Notes: a model not told the origin generated them from the letters alone. 64,000 nucleotides of DNA from a bacterium (GCA_029945725.1 JAQSDB010000008.1:446710-510709), one strand, 5' to 3'. Shown: positions 19,401-29,591, counted from the first letter of the stretch. Numbers and translations are program-made.

Positions 19401-19613
19401 TTCCTCGCCTAGGCCATCCTCGTCAATTGAACTTAGCTTAACCAAGCTCTCAGGTGCTTTCAGCGTGTACTTGGATAAAGGCTCTTCTACTAAAAAGCCA
19501 CCAGCGCCAAGAGAAGAGTAATTAACATCAGCCACAACCCATTGCCGTCGACGCACCTCAACTAGCTGCCCAGGCTCTGGCGACATACCTATCTGCTGCA
19601 AGTCCTTTTCCAT
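16446..19613 (-). CDS. drmD: DISARM DrmD, SNF2-family helicase
   Basis: SNF2 motifs LIADDVGLGKTIEAG, VVDEAHNI, LFLTATPHNG, helicase-C LLATDAASEGIDLQ. Confidence 0.9.
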   Translation of the reverse strand: MEKDLQQIGMSPEPGQLVEVRRRQWVVADVNYSSLGAGGFLVEEPLSKYTLKAPESLVKLSSIDEDGLGEELEVIWEIEPGAQIIERAGLPSITGQDDSDTLEAFLDAVRWGAATNADRGFLQAPFRSGVSIEDFQLDPLVRAIDMARVNLLIADDVGLGKTIEAGLVIQEMLLRHRARTVLIICPASLQEKWRVEMLEKFGLDFRVVDTSYIKQLRRDRGIHANPWTSHPRLIASMDWVKSGEGLRAMRDVLPAHTSYPRKFDMLVVDEAHNIAPAAGANYALESQRTRFIRSISPHFQHRLFLTATPHNGYTESFTSLLELLDDQRFARNILPDEKQLSQVMIRRLKSDLIDAEGKPLYAQRKLQALLASYSAQERVIHQKLNDYCASREQDAERVGNAFGTSFVNRLLKKRLFSSPAAFASTLEKHVSSLVNGSQRKDKDVMADRILRKAILRVDEDYANDHEVENAQSEAVEEASRRAQPLTADQQQMLNELRSWAQTAKNQVDAKAKAILDWLANNLKTDGHWNERRVILFTEFRTTHQWMHEILASHDFGGDRLAILHGGMPQDEREKVKAAFQASPKDSAVRILLATDAASEGIDLQNHCNCLIHLEIPYNPNVMEQRNGRIDRHGQRQKEVLIWHPVDGGEQGKATIGGHGDDIIRALRKLESMRADMGSVNPVIAPQMSGLIEGSLKDLDTRVAEAKIAKARRFVRAERELKDRVAKLHERLLATQKDFHLTPEHILMAVKTGLELAGRPPLEPFNLTDAPAGTVFKMPALSGSWARCLEGLRHPHTLQIRPITFDHAVATGRDDVVLVHLNHRLVQMCLRLLRAEVWAQDDVKKLHRVTVRVVPDALMDGPAVVVVSRLVVTGGNHHRLHEELTVAGGYLGDKSFRREEGVTKVQQWLDQAKPLTAADSLFDAIRVRFDRAQSTVLQSVEARSKDRLRFLTSTLQARKQQEVDDISAVLDELENAIKNELKKDQQPEQFSLFSEDERTQLRRDTAALEARLARIPAERQQEAEAIETRYAKLNDRTFPVAVIFLVPASAAQGGAA

Positions 19614-19665
19614 GCGCCCCCCTAATTATTGCAGCACTACAAAGAAGCCAAACTGCAATCAGCCC

Positions 19666-20706
19666 CTACTCTGCTTTTATATTTTTGATATGAATTTTTA
19701 TGCTCTTGCCAATAGCGCGTCCTAGGTCAACAGGCACTGCGTTACCAATTAAACGGCCCAACGCCTTGAAATTAACAGGCTGGCCTGTGGACAAAAACTT
19801 GTAAGTCCTTGGAAAGCTCTGGAGTATCGCTGCTTCCCTCAGCGAAATGGCTCTATCCTGTTCAGGATGCCCAAAGCGGCCATTACCAAAGCCAAAACAT
19901 TGCGTTGTCATTGTGGGAGCCGGCTTATCCCACTCCATTCGGCCATAAACGCCAGCATATGTTTTTCCACTTTCAACGCGGTGACATGCCGCCACTAAAC
20001 TCTCGGGCCAGTCTCTCCATGTACCACCGGGCTTAGAAACACGAATGCGTCGAAGATTAGTATCCGAAAGCGTTGCAGACACATGCAACTTGTCACGCTC
20101 ATATGCCTCACCAGCACTAAGCGGACGCAGTCGGCCAATTGCTTGGCGAACCGTTTTAGGCTTTTCTCTAATTGGAGGAATGAGCTGCAACTTTCCATGC
20201 TTTGACGCAAGCAAAACCGTTCGACGACGTGACTGAGGAACGCCATATTTCGAGCTATCAACGACATCAAACCAGACGGTATAGCCCAAGCGCTCAAGCC
20301 CTTTCGAAAAATCCTTGAAAACCTTGTGCTTCACAACGGTGGGAACATTTTCCATTGTGACAATGTCGGGCTCGGTACCCTTAACCAATCGGAAAAATTG
20401 ATACAGAAGCCCCCACCTTGAATCGTCATCATCAGCATAGCGCTGTGCATAGGTTGAAAATGGCTGACATGGCGCACAGCCAGCCAATACTTTTATGTCG
20501 GCATCGCCAAAGAGCTCTATGAGCTCCTTACTCTTTACTTTGCTGATGTCTTTGTTCAGAAATTTGGCTTGGTTGTTTGATTCATAGGGAAATTTGCAGG
20601 CTGGATCCAAATCAATACCAGCTGCGACAGAAACGCCCTCAAGGTGTAGACCGTGGGTCAACCCCCCCACCCCACAAAACAAATCAATACAAGAAATGGT
20701 TTTCAT
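19666..20706 (-). CDS. DNA cytosine-5 methyltransferase (possible DrmMII-type partner of the DISARM locus)
   Basis: All canonical m5C motifs are present: I DLFCGVGG, IV APCQPFS, VI ENV, VIII QSRRR, X GNAVPV. It ends 52 nt upstream of drmD. Its GC is visibly lower than its neighbours. Confidence 0.95.
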   Translation of the reverse strand: MKTISCIDLFCGVGGLTHGLHLEGVSVAAGIDLDPACKFPYESNNQAKFLNKDISKVKSKELIELFGDADIKVLAGCAPCQPFSTYAQRYADDDDSRWGLLYQFFRLVKGTEPDIVTMENVPTVVKHKVFKDFSKGLERLGYTVWFDVVDSSKYGVPQSRRRTVLLASKHGKLQLIPPIREKPKTVRQAIGRLRPLSAGEAYERDKLHVSATLSDTNLRRIRVSKPGGTWRDWPESLVAACHRVESGKTYAGVYGRMEWDKPAPTMTTQCFGFGNGRFGHPEQDRAISLREAAILQSFPRTYKFLSTGQPVNFKALGRLIGNAVPVDLGRAIGKSIKIHIKNIKAE

Positions 20707-20824
20707 CTACCCCACCAAAAATCCATGGGCCAACTCGAAAGCAAGCCCACAACCCTCCTGGGTCAAAGGCAGTTATTTTAAATCAAAAAAAGGAATTTTT
20801 CCTTAAATTTCACCAAGTTACCCG

Positions 20825-20853
20825 AGAAAAAAGCCCACCAAATGGTGGGCTTT
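20825..20853 (-). terminator. rho-independent terminator (reads on minus strand)
   Basis: Stem AGCCCACC / GGTGGGCT (20832-20839 / 20844-20851), 4-nt loop, followed on the minus strand by T6. It lies between the DruE-like gene and the C5 methyltransferase. Confidence 0.6.
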
Positions 20854-20987
20854 GCCTTGATGCTAGGTTCGGAGATAACCGGAGCCCAGTTGGCTGAAAC
20901 ATTGTGGCCGATCGGTATCACGCCTCAAGCTCGGTTTTTACGGAGGCCACGTGCATCCACCCCCTCCCCTGCCATGACCCTCCACCC

Positions 20988-21012
20988 AAAAGACCGCCAT
21001 TGACGGTCTTTC
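20988..21012 (-). terminator. weak hairpin immediately after the DruE-like stop codon
   Basis: AGACCG / CGGTCT stem (20991-20996 / 21004-21009), extendable with A-T pairs, 7-nt loop, TTTT on the minus strand. Confidence 0.35.
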
Positions 21013-21018
21013 TCTTTT

Positions 21019-24000
21019 TCACGTCACGACACAGGTCGACGCTATACCCCTTTCACTATGAGGCAGACTTCTTAGCAGCGTCCTTGGGGCGCCGATCCCC
21101 CAGCCCACCTGAGGCAGGGAGGCCTGTCCATCAAGTTCAGCCCAGCCAATGCACCCCCTGCCTGTGACGACCTCGGCACAAAGCTCCGCACCTCTGCCGT
21201 CGAGCTTGACCTCTCCCATCGACAGGATGGCCCCCACCGCAGCAGCAAGCTGCGTCAGCGCATCACGATTTTCCTTGCTGCAAAGTTCCCAGACAGCTTT
21301 TCGAACAATGATGCTGACAAGAACTCCTTGGCCGCACCAGCGCCTTACCCATGCATCAAGCCCTGATTGCGATACCTGCCATGAGCCAGGATCTCCATTC
21401 AAAAAAATCCGGAGTGCTTTCACGTCCGGCATCGCCAACTCGCGACTGATAGCCTCGGCAAGGGACTGATGCTCGGCCTGGGTATCCGTACCAAACACCC
21501 ACTGCGCAGCATGCCAGAACCTGTCCTTGACCCATCCACGACCAATCAACTGCAATGCCCCATGACGATTCAAATCGTCGGCACGATATCGAGTATCAAA
21601 AGTTTGCAAGCAGCCAGAACACGACGTCTCGCAATGGCGTGGACACTCCAAAGCCTGCCTCGTGTAATGCAGAAACTCGGTCATGCGCTGCGTCAAGCTC
21701 GATACATAGCCCGAGGGCTGGACATCGTAGAGTGATAAGGCAAAGCCGCCGCCCTCTTTTGTTGGAAGCCACTTCACCTCACAAGCAATTTCAGTGAGCT
21801 CAACCCCCAACATACTGGCGACTGCCTTTCGCATAGCCATCGACACGGTGTATGCAACGGTTTTATCAGTGATGAGCTTTCCCTCGAAGCGCAAGAAAAC
21901 CTCCAGCACATCCGTCTTGTAGTAATGACCCAATCGGATGTTCGGCCGTATCCGGCCATTGCTGGCAGCGCCCTCACACTCCGGATGATCCAGCGACTTC
22001 GCCCCCCTCAAGGGATGGTGAGGACGCTGGAAAACTGCCGGCCACTCACCACGCTCCGTCATTTCCTCTGAGCGCCCACACTCAAGACACACCGCAAATC
22101 CCTGCTGGTTGGCACCCGACGTGTAATGAAACACCGCCCCTTCTGCAGTCGCTCGGAAATGCCCCCATTCCGGCATATCCAATAGCCGCCATTCGCCCGA
22201 TGCAGATATCCAGGGTGCCTCGACCGGTACAAAGCGCTGGGCGTGGAGATCATTGTGCGGTGTTGAAAAGAGACTCACCGCAAAGCCCTGCGGCTCCAGA
22301 CACGTGATCTGCAAGGGATCGTCATTGACGCCCGTGCGATGCAGTCGCTCACCGCAACTTCCACAAGGGGTATTCAGCAAGCCAGCGACTTGTCGCGTCA
22401 CTGTTCCGCACGCCTCACAGCGCGACATCTCGATAAGACACTGAAGACCCAGTGACTCATCTGGCCGCGACGTAATGGCAGGAGGCTTCCAATTTGGCAG
22501 CAAGCCCGCTGACCGGTAGACAAGACCATCCAACACCACCTCCGCCCCAGGCGCATATTCAATTAACCCCATGCGCGCGTCACGGCGTGGCAACTCACGA
22601 TGCCCCTGAGCCGCCAATGCAAACAGTTTCCGTCCACGCGGCAGTGAGGCAATACTCAGCGTTTCAAATCGCATGACATGAACCGGAAAACCATGCCCTG
22701 GCAAAAAGCCCGCTTTGACCAGTGCCGTTAGCAAAGGCTCGCTCAACACTCCTTGCTCTTGCGTCAGCAGCGTTGCTTGCGAATCCCGGGAGTGGGTCGT
22801 GGTCACGGTGCGTAAATTGCGTAAATGCTGAATCGTCTGCTGCAGTGGCGCATACGCGTTGAACCATTGGCCACCAAAGGACTGATAACACTCAAGCACG
22901 CCTCTCACCCTTGCCGACACACCGAGATGCTCCAAGCAGGTCCCCTGTATCAGGATCTGCAGCATCTGCTCCACTTCCCTGTCCACCGCCTCGATCTGCT
23001 GACGCAACCACGACATGAAGGCCTCCGACGGGGAGGCCTCCTCCGGCAGCATCCATGCGCCGACATTCACTTTGTGCAATTGGCGAGACGTTACCCTGCC
23101 GCTTTGCAGAAATTGAGACAGGAGCAAAGAGTTGACGTGACGCTGCACCAGCATCGGACTGGAGAATGATACCGTCGGCGGTGCCAGCGGCGTCACAAAG
23201 GGCCACAGTGGATTGGCAAGCACCGCCTGATCGTGCGGGTTGTTCTTGCACAACGTGAAGGCCAATGACCGCGTTTCACGCCGGCGCCCGGCACGACCCG
23301 CTCGCTGTAGATAATTGGCTGGATGGGGTGGCACATTGTTCATGGCAACCACGGAGATACCACCAATGTCGATGCCCATTTCCATGGTGGTGGAGCAGCT
23401 CAATACATTGCTCTTGCCCTGGCGGAATTCAGCCTCGTATTTGCGGAGTTGTGCTGCTGTTTGCTGCGCCGAGTGCTCAACGATTTTGAAGTACGGCACC
23501 TCGTCGAGGATGCGATCATGCTCATCCGTCCACACGCCTTCCTGTCGCAGCAGTTGCACGGATGCATCTTGCTGCAACCACTCCGCGACATCCTCAGACG
23601 ACCGCTCTTCCAACGCCTTTCGCAGGCTGCCGGTCAGCGCCGGAAAATGCAGCTGCTGGCAAACATAGCTGGCCTCGCGCCTCACGGTTTTCGGCAGACA
23701 AGGAGTCATGCCTCTGAGCGTGACATCCAGCAGCTGCCCCGTTACCGGACAACGCCAGACCTGATGTGGCAACGAGAACGCCATGTCCTCCGGATCCAGC
23801 GCCCAAGCCTCCCCCTGCTTTTTCAGCAAGCCGATTCGCGTCAGCTCCGTAAAAGCCTGCTCCAGATACCCGTTGACGATCGCCCGATCAGAATCCGTGT
23901 AGAGATTAAGATTCAGCGCAGAGGCCAGGATCCGTACCAAGCGGGATCGACTCTGGGCGCCCATATGAACGAAAGGCCAAGATACATGCCGGCCGTCCAT

Positions 24001-26634
24001 TACCTGATTTTTCACTCGCGGCGCCATCAGCGCCTTGGCAGGCAGACGTGTGCCACTCCAAGAGTCCCACGACCTCGGCAACAGCAAGGCCAAGCGCTGA
24101 CGAACAAAGAAATCCAACGCAATTTTCAGAAAGTCGCGCCACTCCGAAAGACTCATGCGGGCATCGCGCTCACCCAGACGCGGAGCGGCTTGTACCCGCT
24201 CCAACTTGGGATACACCACGGACACTAACCCTAAGGTTTCGAGGTTGTTGTGCCCGACTGGGCGCACGGCAAACTCCCGAAGCAACAGCAGTCGTGCTAC
24301 GGCGCACGCCCCATTCAGGGCATCAAATGTACCTGCATCCTTGTCACGATACTGTGGCTGTATAAAAGACTGCAGCTCAGGCTGCTGACTCAGCCATGTC
24401 TCCATCTGTTGAAAAGACACACTGGCCGGCGCCTGTATTTTTGCCAGGATGGCTTCATTACTGGTGATCGCCTGCTGGATTATTGCCTTCGCACTATCAG
24501 GCACGTGCTTCAATCGTTCGCGAAGGGTTTCGATTTGGAACATCCGCGCCTGCATGTCATCCGCGACGTTCTCACGTGACGCCTGCGCAACCTGCCGGTA
24601 CACCTGAGACTGCAGCCAGTGCCGTTCGGCTTTCTGCTGACTGTGGAGAGCAAAGCGGGCCGTTCCCTGGCGGCTGTCCGTAAAAGTCAGCAACCGCCGT
24701 CCCTTATAAGGAAGCAAGACGCCGTCTCCAACAACCTTCGGATAGTCCGGCGCATATTTCAGTAAGGTGGGCAGCAGAAGTTCTTGAAAAAATGGCGCCC
24801 CCAGCCGCATTGATCGCAACTTGGGAGCATCAACCGGTGACTCTACGCCACAAGAACGGCAGCAAAAGGATCTGCGCCTATCCAACAGATCCGCCTGCAG
24901 CGTTACTGTCTTGGCAAACGCTCTGCCGTTCTGCAAATAACTGTCGGCCTCCCAAAATGTGATTGGCTTAGCGAGCGCGTGAGGCTTCGTAATCAGCAGC
25001 GGCGACCACCTCGTTTGCAGATCTCCTGCCACGGGCCGCTCAACGTCCGCTACAACATCGACCTCATGGGCGTAGTCGTCCTCTTTCGCGGCGAACTGAC
25101 GAGCCAACAATTCACCCTGCAGCTCACGCCACTCTGCCCACAGATAAATCTCGTGGCACTGCATACACGTTCGGATCTCGTACACCGGCGCACGGCAATC
25201 ACAGGCGCGACGTGCTTCCTTATAGACCCGGCCAAAAGGCCAGGCGGGATCATCCAGTACCGTTCCTCTTCGTCCATAACACGACGGGTTGCTGCAGGCC
25301 CACAACCCCTCCAGGACATCATGAAAGGCATGCAGCCGAAGCGGTAAGAAAGGCGTTCCGTCTTCATCACGAGCACTGGACAACAGATCCAGCCATTGCA
25401 GCATCTGATGGCGACTCACCGTGTCGCCAGCTTCGTCCGCCATAACTTCAACAAGGGAGGTCAAAGTCTGGGCGTTGTTAGCGTGGGGCATCAGAAAAGC
25501 ATCGCGAATACGCTGCGCGATCTTGTTGGCACACAGCGCGCGGTAGAGTCTTTTCGAAGGGGAGGCCGGTAAGGCCATGAGCTCGTCATACGAAGCATCC
25601 GCATAACGAGACTGAGTCTTGGGCAATGTCGGCACGGCGCGTTGAGCGCATACCACATGCACGCGATCCAAAGGCAATCCGGCTACTGTCGCCAGAAAGC
25701 GCTGCAATTGTCGCTCAGCACCGTCACCTCCCATGGAGGCCGACGTCGCCACGAAATGCACCTCTTCAGAGCGCACGCCAAACGCCAGCATGATGCGGCG
25801 CAATAGCAGCGCCAGTTCTGCTCCTTTGGCGCCCGCATAGGTGTGGGCCTCATCCAGCACGATCCAGCGCAGCTTGCCTTGAGAGGCCTGCAGGATGGGC
25901 GCATCCTCGGCACGAATCAGCATGTACTCGAGCATCGTGGGATTGGTCACCAGCACAGGCGGTGGTGAATAGCGCAGAGACTGCCGGTCATGAACCTGAC
26001 TGTCCGTAACAACAACGTGCGGCCGGTCATCTACCTCCGGCGTGCTGCCGTTGTACAAACAAAACCGGACAGCCCCTCCCAACGAAGTAGTCCAGGCATG
26101 AAGCCGTTCACGCTGGCTGGCGATCAAGGCATTCAATGGATAGATCATCAGGGCTCGCACCCCGACTAGGGGCTCGTCGCTGGCTTCATGCTCGCGCACC
26201 AGCGCATCCAGCATCGGCAGCATGAAACATTCCGTTTTGCCGGAGCCAGTCCCTCCACTGACCACCACAGACTGTGGCGTGGGATCCACCAACCACTCCC
26301 ACGCACAGAGCTGATGCTGATACGGGTGAACGTCCCGGCCGAAACGATAGGGATGCGCCTCATCTCCACCGGGGGCATCCAAGGCCCCCAGCAAAGTTGA
26401 TGACAACAAGGTCGGCGATAGCGTCTGCAGGGTCGGCTCCGCCGCTCCCCAGCCAAACACCGCCTCAAAGACAGGATCACCCAAGAAGCCGGTCAACGCC
26501 TGACCGTCTGCCATTAGTGCCTGATGCAGCATGGCCCGCAAAGGGCCGTTTTGAATATGGAGTTGGCGCAAGGCGGCTTGCGTTGAGCGGCGAGCGATAT
26601 CGAGCAACAACGCGGAGAAATACTCACGGCTCAT
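21019..26634 (-). CDS. giant DEAD/DEAH helicase fused to DUF1998 (DruE-like), 1871 aa
   Basis: Motif [15 protein letters not shown], motif [10 protein letters not shown], helicase-C MEMGIDIGG and QRAGRAGRR, multiple CxxC zinc-ribbon clusters, C-terminal DUF1998-type [16 protein letters not shown] 26634 overlaps the upstream stop (ATGA). Confidence 0.85.
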   Translation of the reverse strand: MSREYFSALLLDIARRSTQAALRQLHIQNGPLRAMLHQALMADGQALTGFLGDPVFEAVFGWGAAEPTLQTLSPTLLSSTLLGALDAPGGDEAHPYRFGRDVHPYQHQLCAWEWLVDPTPQSVVVSGGTGSGKTECFMLPMLDALVREHEASDEPLVGVRALMIYPLNALIASQRERLHAWTTSLGGAVRFCLYNGSTPEVDDRPHVVVTDSQVHDRQSLRYSPPPVLVTNPTMLEYMLIRAEDAPILQASQGKLRWIVLDEAHTYAGAKGAELALLLRRIMLAFGVRSEEVHFVATSASMGGDGAERQLQRFLATVAGLPLDRVHVVCAQRAVPTLPKTQSRYADASYDELMALPASPSKRLYRALCANKIAQRIRDAFLMPHANNAQTLTSLVEVMADEAGDTVSRHQMLQWLDLLSSARDEDGTPFLPLRLHAFHDVLEGLWACSNPSCYGRRGTVLDDPAWPFGRVYKEARRACDCRAPVYEIRTCMQCHEIYLWAEWRELQGELLARQFAAKEDDYAHEVDVVADVERPVAGDLQTRWSPLLITKPHALAKPITFWEADSYLQNGRAFAKTVTLQADLLDRRRSFCCRSCGVESPVDAPKLRSMRLGAPFFQELLLPTLLKYAPDYPKVVGDGVLLPYKGRRLLTFTDSRQGTARFALHSQQKAERHWLQSQVYRQVAQASRENVADDMQARMFQIETLRERLKHVPDSAKAIIQQAITSNEAILAKIQAPASVSFQQMETWLSQQPELQSFIQPQYRDKDAGTFDALNGACAVARLLLLREFAVRPVGHNNLETLGLVSVVYPKLERVQAAPRLGERDARMSLSEWRDFLKIALDFFVRQRLALLLPRSWDSWSGTRLPAKALMAPRVKNQVMDGRHVSWPFVHMGAQSRSRLVRILASALNLNLYTDSDRAIVNGYLEQAFTELTRIGLLKKQGEAWALDPEDMAFSLPHQVWRCPVTGQLLDVTLRGMTPCLPKTVRREASYVCQQLHFPALTGSLRKALEERSSEDVAEWLQQDASVQLLRQEGVWTDEHDRILDEVPYFKIVEHSAQQTAAQLRKYEAEFRQGKSNVLSCSTTMEMGIDIGGISVVAMNNVPPHPANYLQRAGRAGRRRETRSLAFTLCKNNPHDQAVLANPLWPFVTPLAPPTVSFSSPMLVQRHVNSLLLSQFLQSGRVTSRQLHKVNVGAWMLPEEASPSEAFMSWLRQQIEAVDREVEQMLQILIQGTCLEHLGVSARVRGVLECYQSFGGQWFNAYAPLQQTIQHLRNLRTVTTTHSRDSQATLLTQEQGVLSEPLLTALVKAGFLPGHGFPVHVMRFETLSIASLPRGRKLFALAAQGHRELPRRDARMGLIEYAPGAEVVLDGLVYRSAGLLPNWKPPAITSRPDESLGLQCLIEMSRCEACGTVTRQVAGLLNTPCGSCGERLHRTGVNDDPLQITCLEPQGFAVSLFSTPHNDLHAQRFVPVEAPWISASGEWRLLDMPEWGHFRATAEGAVFHYTSGANQQGFAVCLECGRSEEMTERGEWPAVFQRPHHPLRGAKSLDHPECEGAASNGRIRPNIRLGHYYKTDVLEVFLRFEGKLITDKTVAYTVSMAMRKAVASMLGVELTEIACEVKWLPTKEGGGFALSLYDVQPSGYVSSLTQRMTEFLHYTRQALECPRHCETSCSGCLQTFDTRYRADDLNRHGALQLIGRGWVKDRFWHAAQWVFGTDTQAEHQSLAEAISRELAMPDVKALRIFLNGDPGSWQVSQSGLDAWVRRWCGQGVLVSIIVRKAVWELCSKENRDALTQLAAAVGAILSMGEVKLDGRGAELCAEVVTGRGCIGWAELDGQASLPQVGWGIGAPRTLLRSLPHSERGIASTCVVT

Positions 26635-27605
26635 GATGCGCACTCACCGTGGCTAATCGACGGCAGTCCATGCGCCAGGGCGATTTTGACGCCCTGGCTA
26701 TAGGCCACCTGGAACCAGATAGGATCGAAGGCATGTACAGTCATCACTTGGTGCATACGTCCTTGTCGACGCCACCAGCCCATGGCAATGCCAGACGCCG
26801 CCCAGATCCCCATAAGCAATGGAAGATTAACGACGGTGGCTTTGTAATCATCGGGTTGCGGCCAGAAAACCCCCTGATCAGAGTCATCCAGAGCAGCCGT
26901 CATCCGAGTAGCCAATGATTCCGGTACACGCTTCCGGAAGGCGGCCAATGCGCGCTTGCCGATCAGAGAGGAAGGCCATATCTCTGCCGGGCCATGAGTC
27001 CTCAACAGCACACGTTGCAACAAACTCCCCTCCCCCTGCCGCCATGCGGCGACAAGGAGAGCAGGCGCCTGATCTCGGGCAACGTCCACGATGGATGCGG
27101 GCAGGGCTCCCAGATGGCGAAACGCCATCCAGTCCATGGGAACGGCCAACACAGGCAAAGCCTCACCAAGAAAACTCAGGCGACCTTGGAGGGACAGGAT
27201 CGCTTGAGCGTCACCGTCACCCAACAAGCTGATCCACATGGAGCGATAATTCGCTACCGCCCCCTCCCAGACAGAAAGGGGCAGAGCCGCCCAATACGTC
27301 GTCAGCGCCGGATGAAGCACACGCTTCGCCTCTGCCTCAGATAACCGGAGTGCCGCCAGCGCCAAAAACTCAGCGTGGCTGAAAATGAAATGAATCGTTG
27401 GATCGATGGCGCCAGCCTCTGGGCTGAGTTGGCTCATGGCCTCGTCTACCGCATCCCACTCAGAGTACAAGCAGTCAGCAGCCAGACGAGCCAGCAGCGC
27501 CTCTGACCAGGCACCACTGCTGAAGGGTCGGATACCGGTGACAGGATCTGAAGGACTGACCTGCGGATCCGCATCACTAAGGGAGCACAGCGAGGTTGTC
27601 GTCAC
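26631..27605 (-). CDS. orphan protein of unknown function (324 aa), partner of the DruE-like helicase
   Basis: GTG start 2 nt after the alpA stop; its stop overlaps the helicase ATG. No recognisable motif. One hydrophobic stretch, [21 protein letters not shown], is followed by RRQGR. Confidence 0.7.
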   Translation of the reverse strand: MTTTSLCSLSDADPQVSPSDPVTGIRPFSSGAWSEALLARLAADCLYSEWDAVDEAMSQLSPEAGAIDPTIHFIFSHAEFLALAALRLSEAEAKRVLHPALTTYWAALPLSVWEGAVANYRSMWISLLGDGDAQAILSLQGRLSFLGEALPVLAVPMDWMAFRHLGALPASIVDVARDQAPALLVAAWRQGEGSLLQRVLLRTHGPAEIWPSSLIGKRALAAFRKRVPESLATRMTAALDDSDQGVFWPQPDDYKATVVNLPLLMGIWAASGIAMGWWRRQGRMHQVMTVHAFDPIWFQVAYSQGVKIALAHGLPSISHGECAS

Positions 27606-27607
27606 GA

Positions 27608-27886
27608 TCAGGCCTTGCGCTGCTTTTCAAGCCAGGCGAGGACTTCGTCCAGGAAGTAGCCGGTTGAACGTGCCCCCAAGCGGATTTTCTTGGGCCAGGT
27701 CGGATCAAAACGAGGAGACTTGGGATTTTCTTTATCGGCGCGCGTGGAGTCAGGGATACCCGTAAGTTTGCGCATATCCTTGGCACGAACAATGACGCGA
27801 GCAGCGGGAAGAGACGCTACCGCTGCCTGAGCAGGGAGCGGGGATACAGAAGCAGCGGGTTCGCTGCTGGATTTATCAAACGTCAT
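27608..27886 (-). CDS. alpA: AlpA-family (phage/island) transcriptional regulator or excisionase-like protein
   Basis: C-terminal 60 aa match the AlpA/MerR-like HTH pattern (VIVRAKDMRKLTGIPDSTR ... KIRLGARSTGYFLDEVLAWL). It has a 30-aa Ala/Ser/Pro-rich N-terminal extension. Confidence 0.8.
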   Translation of the reverse strand: MTFDKSSSEPAASVSPLPAQAAVASLPAARVIVRAKDMRKLTGIPDSTRADKENPKSPRFDPTWPKKIRLGARSTGYFLDEVLAWLEKQRKA

Positions 27887-28034
27887 GATGAGGTCCTATA
27901 CAGTCACAAGACTCCATCAAGCTATCAACCGGCTCCCAAGTCGTCTTCAGCTCACAAAGTTTGACTCAAAAAATCCTCATTTATTCCTTATATTTCAATA
28001 CCTTTAGCCGAGCCAATGACTGCAGCCCAAAAAG

Positions 28035-29345
28035 TTAATTTTTGGGGCGTAACCGGTTGAAAGGAGCATTATCCGGCCTGACAAGAACTGCCGCCGTCTT
28101 TTTTAACTCCACCAATTTCGCCAATCCCGATATTGCTCCGACTCCGTTGAACCAATCAGCAATCGCTTTTTCATACAGAGCCTCCTCGTGCATTCCCTTC
28201 CGATAAGAGCGCCCCTGACAAGCAGCACCCCACAGATCTATCAAGTCTTGCAACATGGCCGCTCGATAAAGAGGGGCCTTACTCTTCGGAGGATTCAACT
28301 TTTCATCATGGAAGATCATACGTGCGGCACGTGTCGCATGCGTTTTGGGGAAGCCGAAGCTGTACTCCAAGTACACTGCCACTTTTTCAGCCGAGTTGAA
28401 TTTGGCTGCCTTGATCGGATTGAAATCACCCCACAACTCAAAAGCGACGTCATCAAGCAGAGACAGACAACTCGAGCGGTTTTCATGTGAATGAAACGGC
28501 TCCTTATCTTGGCGGCTTGAAACTCTGCCGATCTCAGCATCACGCAGCAACTGCAACTCCGTTGCAGCTATCATCAAGTCATCATTTCTTATAGTTAACC
28601 CACCATTAACCCTATCAAGATCTATATCGAGCCCATCATTAGCTTCAAACTCAGCCAATGCATAAAAACAAGGCACTCGCTGGGGCCGCAGAAATTTTCC
28701 CAGAGGCTGAAATGAGTATCTTTCTTTCCGCGCCAGAATTGACTTGACCGTATCTGAGAAGTCCGGAGGAGGATTGGATGAAAAACCTCCATCCCTCGCA
28801 AGAAGGTAACTCCCAAAGAACTTCTCTCGGAAAGCTGATCCTGCGCTTTCGATACGAGCACAGTCTTCTTTCTCGACAAGGAGATAATCAACCCGATCTA
28901 GTGCCCGCATGAGCCGTGAAAAATTCGATTTATCGCTAAAATAAGGAGGCCTGAACTTAGCCTCCATGATGGAGGCCAAGCTCACCGTCGTACGTTCCTG
29001 AGGGACTGCAATGCAGAGCCTTACCTTTCCTAGCGCGGCGTAATGAAGCAACTGTACATCTGTGATCAGCACCGACTGTGCACCAGCAGACACTGAATAC
29101 ATCAAGGGAGCTGGGGGAGCATTCACTCCGACGACAGGACCGGATGTAACGCCCATGCCCTCAGTCGCTACACCCTTGCCGGATGCACCTACCGGCTTCG
29201 CCAACCAATTCCTGATCGTCTGCTCCGATACATCATATTCCTGTGCAAGCAGTGAAACCGGCACCCCTTCTTCCCGATGCCGCTTACATGCCTTTTCAAT
29301 ATCCGCCTTCGAATGCCTCTTTTTTCGCGTTGACGAAACAGCCAT
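28035..29345 (-). CDS. HTH-domain protein of unknown function (436 aa from ATG 29345)
   Basis: N-terminal transposase-type HTH (ADIEKACKRHREEGVPVSLLAQEYDVSEQTIRNWL); the rest has no motif I recognise. ATG 29345 follows a GGGGTGGA RBS; the track ORF starts at TTG 29360. GC looks low. Confidence 0.7.
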   Translation of the reverse strand: MAVSSTRKKRHSKADIEKACKRHREEGVPVSLLAQEYDVSEQTIRNWLAKPVGASGKGVATEGMGVTSGPVVGVNAPPAPLMYSVSAGAQSVLITDVQLLHYAALGKVRLCIAVPQERTTVSLASIMEAKFRPPYFSDKSNFSRLMRALDRVDYLLVEKEDCARIESAGSAFREKFFGSYLLARDGGFSSNPPPDFSDTVKSILARKERYSFQPLGKFLRPQRVPCFYALAEFEANDGLDIDLDRVNGGLTIRNDDLMIAATELQLLRDAEIGRVSSRQDKEPFHSHENRSSCLSLLDDVAFELWGDFNPIKAAKFNSAEKVAVYLEYSFGFPKTHATRAARMIFHDEKLNPPKSKAPLYRAAMLQDLIDLWGAACQGRSYRKGMHEEALYEKAIADWFNGVGAISGLAKLVELKKTAAVLVRPDNAPFNRLRPKN

Positions 29346-29533
29346 TCCACCCCATCCCAAAAGTCAGCCTAAATACGGCCCACCTTACTATGCAAAAACA
29401 GGCTCATCTTGAAATTATAGCCAAAAGAGGCCAAGCCAAACGCAGGCAATGTCTTATCGGGTCGCCGCCATATCTTCTTGCGCAATCCACCTCATGCGCT
29501 AAGCCGCTCACCCTCAACAGCAATCCTAGCATC

Positions 29534-29591
29534 GGGGGTTTTCCTGAGTACACGATTTTCACGTTTAGCGCTGTTTTCAAGGAAAACCCCC
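29534..29591. repeat. 11-bp perfect inverted repeat with 36-nt loop
   Basis: GGGGGTTTTCC (29534-29544) and GGAAAACCCCC (29581-29591). Confidence 0.8.

Noticed and set aside
20790-20804. Short palindrome AAGGAA-ttt-TTCCTT upstream of the C5 methyltransferase.
   Set aside because: It has only 6-bp arms in AT-rich DNA, which is within chance expectation. It is not reported as a feature.
19666-27605. Reading the C5 methyltransferase + DruE-like gene as Druantia type II (druM ... druE).
   Set aside because: No druF/druG-sized genes are present. The methylase lies downstream of the helicase, beyond two hairpin terminators, 52 nt from drmD. It is assigned provisionally to the DISARM side.
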